Shown piece after piece: positions 1 through 9,300 of a DNA stretch of 20,000 nt; the stretch's first letter is position 1; every line of letters starts with the position of its first letter. Made by a program: the position numbers and the translations under genes. The DNA is taken from positions 51,352 to 71,351 of the forward strand of contig JABLTG010000103.1 in NCBI GenBank assembly GCA_016618085.1, in the 5' to 3' direction. The stretch comes from Neovahlkampfia damariscottae (taxonomy: Eukaryota). A model generated the notes under the pieces. It searched no databases and was not told the DNA's origin. It saw nothing but the letters and a program-made list of their open reading frames with translations.

Positions 1-2339
1 TACTCAAGTACACCAACACTCATACCAAATTCAAATCCTTTACTTTCAGTTTCAATGACAAGCTCACTTCCTGAAGGAAATTCTTCATATATGGACATGA
101 ACCAAAGATTAAGCCAGACGCTAACAGGAAAGAATAGAATGAGAACAGGAACAGTAGCTATTAAAGAAAATAGAGAAATAGAAGCTAGTAGAATGATAGA
201 CTTAGAACAGTACTTCTTTGCTCTTTCTATCTTATTCAAAGGAACAATGGAAGAAAGATTAATCAGTAATTTTTTTTTTTTTTCACAACTTTTTTTGTAG
301 TGTCTTTTCAAGCGTTTGATTCAGACTCTAAAGGTTTTTTATTACAAGATGATTTGAGAAAAGCATTTGAATCCACAGCTGAACTTTTTAATGAACTTGG
401 AATTGAAATGAATGACCCAACAGTATTGGCTGAAACTATTATGAATTTTCATGGAAAGAAAAAGATACAACTTGTAACAACATAATTTAATCAACTAATT
501 TTTCTTTTCAAGAGTGACTTTGTTGAAATTATTTCAAAAAATTATAACCAAATTATAACCTTCGGTATGCATGAAATGAAAAAAGAAGAAATTCAACATG
601 GTATAAAAATAGGTGTTTCATCATCTTTTGCCGGTTCAAATTTTCATTTAGTTTTAGGATTAATGCTTGGTATAAGAAATTCAGTAACTTTGTATTCACC
701 ATTAAGAAGAAAAGTATGCGAAGATGATTTTTCAGTTGAAGTCAAGTTCACTATACCTTGTTTAAAGAATGAAGACGATGATAAAACGATACAACAAAAA
801 CCAACTGTTTTTCTTGATTACGCACCAAGAGTTTTTCAAGCCATTAGAAAATTTTATTCAATTTCTGAAGAAGAATATTTATTATCCATTGGTTTTGATC
901 AAGTTGTTGGAAATTTATTGTTCGGAAAATTATCAACACTTTCTGAATTGAATTCAGAAGGTAAAAGCGGATCACATTTTTTTTATTCACATGATGGTAA
1001 ATTTATGATTAAATGTATTCCATCACGTGAATTCAATGCTTTTAAAAGATGTTTACCAAAATATTATAATCATTTATTAAATAATCCAAAAACTTTGATC
1101 AATCGTTTCATTGGTTGTTTTGAATATGAAGGACTTGGTTACGTTGTAACACAAAATTTATTTTGTACAAAACTTGAAATTCATGAAATTTATGATTTAA
1201 AAGGATCAACTATTTCAAGATCTAATCCAAAAGGAAGAGTTAAAAAAGACAATGATTTAAAAACTAGAATTGATTTATTACAAGATCAATATCAAGAATT
1301 GAACTCTATTTTAAACAATGATTTAGAATTTCTTCAATTAATGAATTTCACAGATTATTCATTTTTATTAGGCATTCATAATTTCACATCTAATTCACTT
1401 TCAATTATTGAAGGATGTGATTCAAATACACTCTTTCAAAAAAATTTAGGAAATGGTATTCTTTCATCAGATTCATCAAGAATGTTTTATTGTGGAATTA
1501 TTGATATTTTGTCAGAATATGATTTAAAAAAAGCAACTGAAGTTCAATTGAGAACTATTCAATATGGAAGTAAAGCAGGTGCAGCAAGTGCTCAACCACC
1601 TGATAAATATGCAAAAAGAATGAGTACTTTCATGACAACTAAAGCATTAAAAGAAGTACAAAATAAGAAACTAGCTGTAAGGTTCAGAGATTCATTTGGA
1701 GGAAAACCAAATATTGCTCAAAGTCATTCATTGACAAAACTATCCGATAAAGAGTTAATTGATTTGATATTGAATGTATTGGATGAATCAGGAGGTGTTG
1801 AAATTAAAGATAGAAAACAAAGATTTAAAACTTATTCACAGTGCTTTGTTGGATCAGAATTAGTTTCTTTGGTGATTAAATATCTCAATTGTGATCGAGA
1901 AACAGCTACAAATTTAATTCAAAAAGAATTTTTTGAAAAGTACAGAGTTATAAAACATGTTAATGATGAAAGTGAATTTAAAGATGATAATTCATTCTAT
2001 GAAAAAGTTGATTCATTTTTGGATAGAATTGAATGTTCAACTTTGAAAGTTGGTGTTTTACATTTTGATAAAAAATCGAAACAACCTTTGGATTGCTTAT
2101 TGTATTCAGATTCTTCATTGATTGTAACTGATGGACAAAAATCAGGAAAAATTAAGAAATTACTCATTCAAATTGAATCTGTTTTCAAAAATGTTGAACA
2201 AAATGGTTTCAGTATTGTTTGGAATGATGGAAAGAGCGCTCAAGTTTCAAGATTCACTGCAGATTCTGAAGAAGATTTGGAAAATTGGATTTCAACCATT
2301 CAAGAAATGATCAAAGCAAAAAATATTGAACAAATTTAA
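1..2339 (+). CDS. Phosphatidylinositol-phosphate kinase (PIP5K family) with N-terminal EF-hand region and C-terminal DEP and PH domains; 5' end probably outside the window; exons <1-265, 301-473, 513-2339
   Basis: Frame 1 is open from base 1. Introns 266-300 and 474-512 (GT..AG) join three ORFs in frame. EF-hand/NCS-like segment FFALSILFKGTMEERLIMSFQAFDSDSKG. PIPK motifs FLDYAPRVFQAIR, GKSGSHFFYSHDGKFMIK, YDLKGS, KDND, DYSFLLGI, GIIDIL. DEP-like GVEIKDRKQRFKTYSQCFVGSELV...HVNDESEFKDDNSFY (~1790-2003). PH-like end FTADSEEDLENWISTI. Confidence 0.9.
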
Positions 2340-2471
2340 TAAATTATTTTTTACTTCAAGTAAACGTTTTTAACCCTTGAATTTAATCCAATCACTTTAG
2401 AATTTATAAATAGAAGATTGAATTGACCAATCAACAATTTTCATAACGTTAGAAAAATAAAAAATACAACA

Positions 2472-3036
2472 ATGGTCAATTGGCTCGGAGTTCCTGAATG
2501 TGAAAGTAATCAAGCAATTTTATGGTGTGTTTTAGCATGGTTTTTACCTGGTATTGCTCAAATTGTAGCTGGTGTTTCATTAGGACATTCAGATTCAACT
2601 TATATTGGAATAGCAATTATTCTTCTTTTGGTGTTTTTCCCACTTGTATCATTCATTTTGATAACATTAATTTCAATTGTAACTTTTGGATTTGGTGCTA
2701 TTCTTTTCAACGTTTGGCCTATTGTGTTCATTATTCCATCAATTTGGTCAATTGTTTGGGTAATTCTTTTTTCTTTTTTAAATTCATTTTCAGGGTATAA
2801 ATTGTGTTGTGAAAAATGGTAATGGCGTTCAACAACAAAATGTTGTGTATCAACAACCACAACAACCTCAACAACCGATGCAACAACAACCAATGCAACA
2901 ACAACAACCAATGATGCAACAACCAATGCAACAGCAACCACAACCACAACAACAACAACAACAACAATATGTAGATCAAAATGGACAACTTTATGTTTTG
3001 GGTCAAAACGGAGAACCTGTCTACCTCAACCAATAA
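2472..3036 (+). CDS. Small multi-pass membrane protein (Spec3/Stum-like) with Gln/Pro-rich C-terminal tail; exons 2472-2759, 2794-3036
   Basis: Intron 2760-2793 (GTAATT..CAG, 34 nt) joins the 116-aa and 75-aa ORFs in frame. FLPGIAQIVAG and the spliced IWSIVWG resemble Spec3/Stum motifs. Family assignment is by motif recall only. Confidence 0.75.
2830..2967 (+). repeat. Coding (CAA)n-rich low-complexity repeat (QQP/PMQQ units)
   Basis: Repeated caacaacca / atgcaacaa units encoding QQPQQPQQPMQQQPMQQQQPMMQQPMQQQPQPQQQQQQQ. Confidence 0.9.
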
Positions 3037-3152
3037 ACATTTTAAACAAACGAAATATTTAATAATCTTGTGCTAAAACAAACAATGTTACATCAAATAA
3101 CTGACCTACATTTTTGTGATTGGTTCCGTATATTATTTTTGTCCAATGTCAA

Positions 3153-3225
3153 GGGCTTCTAGCTCAGTTGGTAGAGCGCCTGCTTTGCAAGCAGGAGGTC
3201 TAGGGTTCGATTCCCTAGTGGTCCA
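3153..3225 (+). tRNA. tRNA-Ala (anticodon TGC)
   Basis: GGGCTTC-TA-GCTC AGTTGGTA GAGC-G-CCTGC TT TGC AA GCAGG-AGGTC-TAGGG TTCGATT CCCTA-GTGGTCC-A. G3:U70 alanine identity pair. No encoded CCA. T-run at 3231-3235. Confidence 0.97.
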
Positions 3226-3230
3226 CTGAA

Positions 3231-3235
3231 TTTTT
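3231..3235 (+). terminator. Probable RNA polymerase III terminator (T-run) of tRNA-Ala
   Basis: TTTTT starting 6 nt after the tRNA 3' end. T-runs are common in this AT-rich DNA, so support is positional only. Confidence 0.55.
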
Positions 3236-3379
3236 GATTTTGTTGATGGGTTTTTTTTGTTGGTTTGTGGTGAGTTTTGTGAATTTCTTTCAAACTAAAT
3301 AATTTTTTGTTCCAAAATTGGTCATTGTCATCTCTAAAATTGTTATTTGGACATTCTGACATTTTCATTGGTCAAAACA

Positions 3380-6300
3380 ATGAACTGGTTGACAACGACT
3401 CTTTCGCTATTGTTGTTTTGTGCTGTTGTCGTGTCTACGAACCTTTATGGTTGTGGAAGAAATACTGTAAGAGTTATTCACTTTCTAACTCTGAAGTACT
3501 CGATTCTCTTAGGTATTCATTTTTTTGAGCTCACCCAATTGTAGAAAATGGAATTCGTAAAATTCTCATTCTTTTTAAACTTGGTCCTTAGTTTCAAAGA
3601 AAAACCCATCACCTGTTGCGGCACCTGATGGATTTACTTTTGTAGATGCTGGTACTAATTTCGCTCTATTTTTAAGAAATGATTCCACTGTATGGGCAAC
3701 TGGAAAAGGAGAAGTAAGTTTTGGACCAATAACACTCACCTTTGAAAGAACATTGGTATCGAATACACCGGTTCAGTTTATGAACCAGTTCAAATACCTT
3801 CTCTTTTCAACATAACAAAAATATCTGCTGGAGCATATCATTCTTTAGCATTATCTGGAAACGGAAGTTTCTATACTTTTGGTTCAAACACAGTTTTTTT
3901 TTTTAAATTTTAAACTTGTTTTTTATGGAAGCATTATCAACTTGGTGATGGAACTAACATCTCAAAAACTGTTCCAGTGCTAATCAAACATATTGAAAAC
4001 GTCATTGAAGTTAATGGTGGACGATATCATACTTTAGTTTTAACAGAAAACGGAACTGTTTTTTCTTTTGGTTACAATTCAGTTTTTGTTTTTTCTTTTT
4101 AATTTTCAAAGCATGGACAATTAGGTCTCAACTTAACAAATTCAACACTACATATGGAATATCCGACTATGATTCCTACTTTTACAAATATCACAAAAGT
4201 TTCTGCTGGTGGTTATCATTCAATGATATTGGACAATGGTGGAAACGTTTATGTTTTTGGTTCTTCAACTGTAAATGAATTCTTTTTTTTTAATCAAAAG
4301 TATGGACAACTGGGCCTTGATGATCAAGTGGAGCACATTTCTCCTGTAAGAAATAGCTTTTTTGAAAATGCGGTTGCAATAAGCGCAGGTGGTTTTCATT
4401 CGCTAGTATTAGATAGTGGTACATCTTATGGATTTGGTGATAATTCAATACAACAATTAGGGGTTGAAAGAGAAGTTAATTTAAGTCCTCGATCAATATT
4501 TCAGAAAACAAAATTCATTTATGCTTCTTTGAATGAAATGCCAGTAGCAGCCATTTCTAACCTTGACCAAGCTCTGAAGAATGGATTTGGATATTATTTT
4601 GTTGAACTCTCAAATTGTACTGGGATTGCATGTGGTAAATCAACTTGTTACTTTGTCAAAGATTCCAAGATTTATAGTAGAGGAACTAATGAATTTGGAG
4701 AAGCTGGGGTTCCATTAATCAGAATGACTCATTTGAAAGGAATCGATAAAAAGATTACTGGGGAAAAACATTCATTGTCTCTCAAAAATACATCCCTATT
4801 TACTGTTGGAGAAAGTAAGATCGATGAATTTTTTAACAAAATTTTCAAGGTGAGTATTATCAACTTGGAAATCAATACAAAGGAGATTCAGGATTTCCAT
4901 TTGCCGTCCAACCTTTTGAAAATATTTCACACATTGCTGCTGGCGAGAAATTTTCTATGTTTGTTTCTGAAAATGGATCATTGTACGGAAGTGGATATAA
5001 TGGAGACGGTGAATTAGGATTAGGAAATCCCCAAAGCACTAACATTTTTATACCATTAAACATCCCAACAAAAGTTTTACAACTTTCAGTCAGTAACTCT
5101 TTTGCTTTGGTTATTGCAAATGTTTCTGATTTTTATTCAATGGGAATTAATACTTATGGAGAAATCGGAAGTGGATCCGTAGGATTACAGAAATCTTCTC
5201 TATTCATCAAATCAGGAGTTCTCAAAATAGCTGCTGGTGGGTTTCATTCATTGATATTATGCGAAGATTCCTCGGTATATTCTTTTGGGAGAAACAATGT
5301 GAGAAAACAATGACTAATATATATTTCTGCAGAAAGGACAATTAGGCGATGGTACTACTAATAATAATGCTACTCATATAAAACTTGATGTTCTAAATGT
5401 CACTGAAATATCAGCAGGACGAGAATTTTCAATTCTTCTGGTTGAAAATAATTCTATTTACGTTTTTGGATCAAACACAGTAGAAATTTGCATGTTAATA
5501 TTTTTTAGTTCGGACAATTAGGTTTGGGCATCATCAATGGCTCAGTTTTATTTCCAACTTTGTTGGAAAACTTTGTGAATGTCACAAAAGTTGCTTGTGG
5601 TCACGAACACACAGTTGTTTTAACTTCAGACCACAAAGTTTATTTATTTGGAAGTAATGATCAAATGCAACTTGGAAATGATTCACTCCCATACAAAAAC
5701 ATAAATCCAGTTCTACGTGATGATACAAATCATTATTTGGATATTGATGCTTCATTCTACAATTCTTTTCTTTATTTCGAGTTCAAATGCTTTGGTATAT
5801 TAGAATCAAATAATTCAGTTTGTTCATCAAATGGTGCTTGTACTGGTATTGATATTTGTACTTGTTTAAATGGATTTTCTGGTGATAAATGTCAATTTCA
5901 TTCTTGTTTTGGAATCAATGCAACTAATTCTATTGTTTGTTCATCTCATGGTTCTTGCAATTCATTGAACAATTGTACTTGCAATAATGAATATGCAGGA
6001 AGTCAGTGTGAAATCTATTCATGTTTTGGAGTGAATTCAACAGATTTAAATGTTTGTTCCTCAAATGGAAATTGTGTCAGTTCAAATGTTTGCAATTGTG
6101 AAAAAAATTACACAGGAAATGATTGTGAATTTTCAACTTGTTTTGGATTAAATTCCACAGATTCAAATGTTTGCTCATCACATGGGACTTGTATTTCAGT
6201 CGATAATTGTACTTGCAGTCTTGGATATTTTGGAATACAATGTGAATTTCCTTCATGTTTTGGTATAAATGCTACAAATTCATCAGTTTGCTCTTCGGAA

Positions 6301-9300
6301 GGAATTTGTTCGTCTCTTGATAATTGTACTTGCAATATTGGACATCAAGGTAGTGAATGTCAAGAATTAATCCCTCCAACTTCATTATATGGTTCAGGAA
6401 AGAATTTTGTAATTATTCAATTATTTTAATATGTTTTTAGGATTCAATGCTTCTTGGTAATTTTAGTTTTTTTTCAACTTAATTTTACAGGAAATGGAAT
6501 AGGTTTGAATTTTATCATATTGATTTTTTTTAGCTACTTCTCATACCTCAAACCCATTTGATATTCCAAAAGGATTTATTTCAATATCAGCTGGTGATGA
6601 ATTTACACTCTTTTTGAGAAATGATTCCACTGTCTGGATTGTCGGAAAAGGAATGGTAAGAAATCAACATATTCTAAACATTCATTTGAAGAATGGAATG
6701 GGAATGAATTTAGATTATCAAATTTATAAACCTGTTCAAATTCCAACTCTCTCAAATATTTTAAAAATAGAAGCCGGAAATAATTTTGGATTCGCTATTG
6801 GGTATAATAGCAGCTTATTCGTATTTGGTTCAAACTCTTTTGGAACTTTGGGAATGAGTTCGATATCAGAAGTACTTACTACAGCCATAAATCCATATCT
6901 GAACAATGTTTCTCATGTTTCTGGTGGTATTCAGCACTCTTTGTTCATATCCAATGGTTCTCTGTATAGTTGTGGTCAAAATACAGTAAGTGATTCATTA
7001 TTAATTTTCATCATAGTATGGCCAATTGGGTGATGGAACTTTTGTTCAAAAACCAATTCCAGTTTTCATTAGTTCACTTTCTAATGTTGTTCAAATTTCA
7101 GCTGGTAATTGGCATTCTCTTGTGTTGCTTGATTCTGGAGAAGTTTATTCATTCGGATCTCATGTAAGATCAAAATAATGCTAACCCAACAAATAGACAG
7201 GTGGGGTTTTAGGTGTTGGAATCATCACTTCAAGTAAAAACTCACCACAATTGATCACTACCCTTTCAAACATTACTCAAATTTCTGCAGGGAATGCTCA
7301 TTCAACTGTCATAGATCATATCGGAGACGTTTATGTATTCGGATCAAATACAGTTGGTGAAATTGGATTGGGTATGACTCTTGAATCTAAAGTACCTCTA
7401 TTACTATCAATAAGAAATATTAGTTCCATTTCTGCTTCTCAGAGAAACACTTGGTTCATTAAAAATGATAGAACAGTTTTTGTGACAGGATTTGGTGTTA
7501 ATGGACAATTAGGGTTAGGTAACTATTCAACTATATATACTCCAACACAACTAAATAAGTTTCTGAATTGTACTGCGGCAACATCAACATCAACAACTTC
7601 TTACATCCTAAATGATGATGAAATCTTTGTTTCAGGGTTATTTTCAAGTAATATTCAAACAACATCATTATTGGGCTCTTACAAGAAGATATTAACTGGA
7701 GAAGACCATTCATTAATTTTGGACAACAATTCTACTTTACATGTACTTGGAAATAGTAAGAACTTAAAAAACTGAAATTTTTCAAAGATTTTGTTCATCA
7801 ACTTGGAATTTCAACAACTATTGATCCTCAAACAACACCAAAGAAAGTAAATGAATCCTTAAAAGTCAAGAGAATTATAGCTGGGTCTTCTTATTCTCTT
7901 ATTGTGACGGAAGATGGAAGAACTTATGGATCTGGTGAAAATACTCTGGGACAACTTGGAATTGGATCAAAAACAAATTCATCTATTTTCACACTGATTC
8001 CACTTCCTCCAATTGATTATATTTCAACTGGAAAGAGTTCTTCTTTTGCACTGAGTAATTCAAAAGATTGTTACGTCTTTGGCTATAATGGGGAGGGTGA
8101 GCTTGGAATAGGATCCACTACAACAACTAGAACACCATCATTTAGAGTATCTGGTATATCTTTAGTGGCAATGGGTCAAACTCATTCATTTGTAATGAGC
8201 AATGATTCAACAGTTTATGCATCTGGAAGCAACAATGTAAGAGAACATTTTTGAAATTAATTGTAGGTTGGTCAATTGGGAATTGGGTTCACATCTTCAA
8301 GAAGAGTGTCTCCAGTCATCGTAAACATTCAAAAAATCATTCAGATCTCTGCAGGAGATACACATAGTTTATTTCTTAATAGCAATTATCAAGTATATGT
8401 TTGTGGTTCTAACAGAGTAATATTTCTTCAAATTAAACTATAGATGGGTCAAATAGGTTTTTCAGATGTTTCAACACCAAAATCATCTCCAACCTTGCTG
8501 TCCACAGTGCATAACGTTTCAAAAATTTCATGTGGATTCGAACACACGTTGTTGCTCACCAATGATTTCAAAGTTTATGCTTTTGGAAGTAATACAGCTT
8601 TTCAAATTGGAAATTCATCTCTTCCAGATGTTAATAATTACCCTATCCTCATAGATATTTCAAAACGATATTATGATATTGATGCTTCATATTTCAATTC
8701 ATTTTTTTTTGTTGACAATATTCAATGTTTTGGAATTTGGTCAACTGATTCTACTGTCTGTTCTTCAAATGGAGTCTGTGCCTCTTATGATAATTGTCAA
8801 TGTAACAATGGCTACTCTGGAAATCAATGTGAATTCACAAAATGTTTCGGAAAAAACTCCACAGATTTTTCTGTTTGTTCAAACAACGGTACCTGTATCT
8901 CACTTGATCAATGCCTTTGTTCAAAGAGCTTTGGGAATGAATGTCAATTTCCAATTTGTTTCGGAATTTATTCAAATGAAACAGCTGTATGCTCCAACAA
9001 CGGAACATGTGCTGCTCCGGATAATTGTGTTTGTTCTAAAGGGTACTCTGGAAGTCAATGTGAAGTATCAAGTTGTAATGGAGTTTCAGTCTCAAATCCA
9101 AATGTTTGCTCTGGAAATGGTAATTGTGTGTCACTTGATAAATGCACTTGCAACACAGGATTTTTGGGGAATGATTGTCAATTTTTTTTGCAATGTTACG
9201 GCAAAAATTCAACAGATGATGTTGTTTGCTCAGGAAACGGAAACTGTTCATCATCTGATATCTGTATTTGCCAAAATGAATACGTCGGAAATCAATGCCA

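Noticed and set aside
2522..3033. Overlapping ORFs 2522-2800 (+), 2600-2947 (-) and 2731-3033 (-)
   Set aside because: Alternate-frame or antisense products of the membrane protein gene and its CAA repeat (poly-Val and poly-Leu artefacts).
3159..3368. 69-aa minus-strand ORF
   Set aside because: Antisense shadow of tRNA-Ala and its T-rich flank.
4154..8254. ORFs 4154, 4957, 5524, 6614, 7251 and 7904 as separate genes or a frameshifted pseudogene
   Set aside because: Every break is explained by a 27-39-nt GT-AG intron that restores both the frame and the RCC1 motif.
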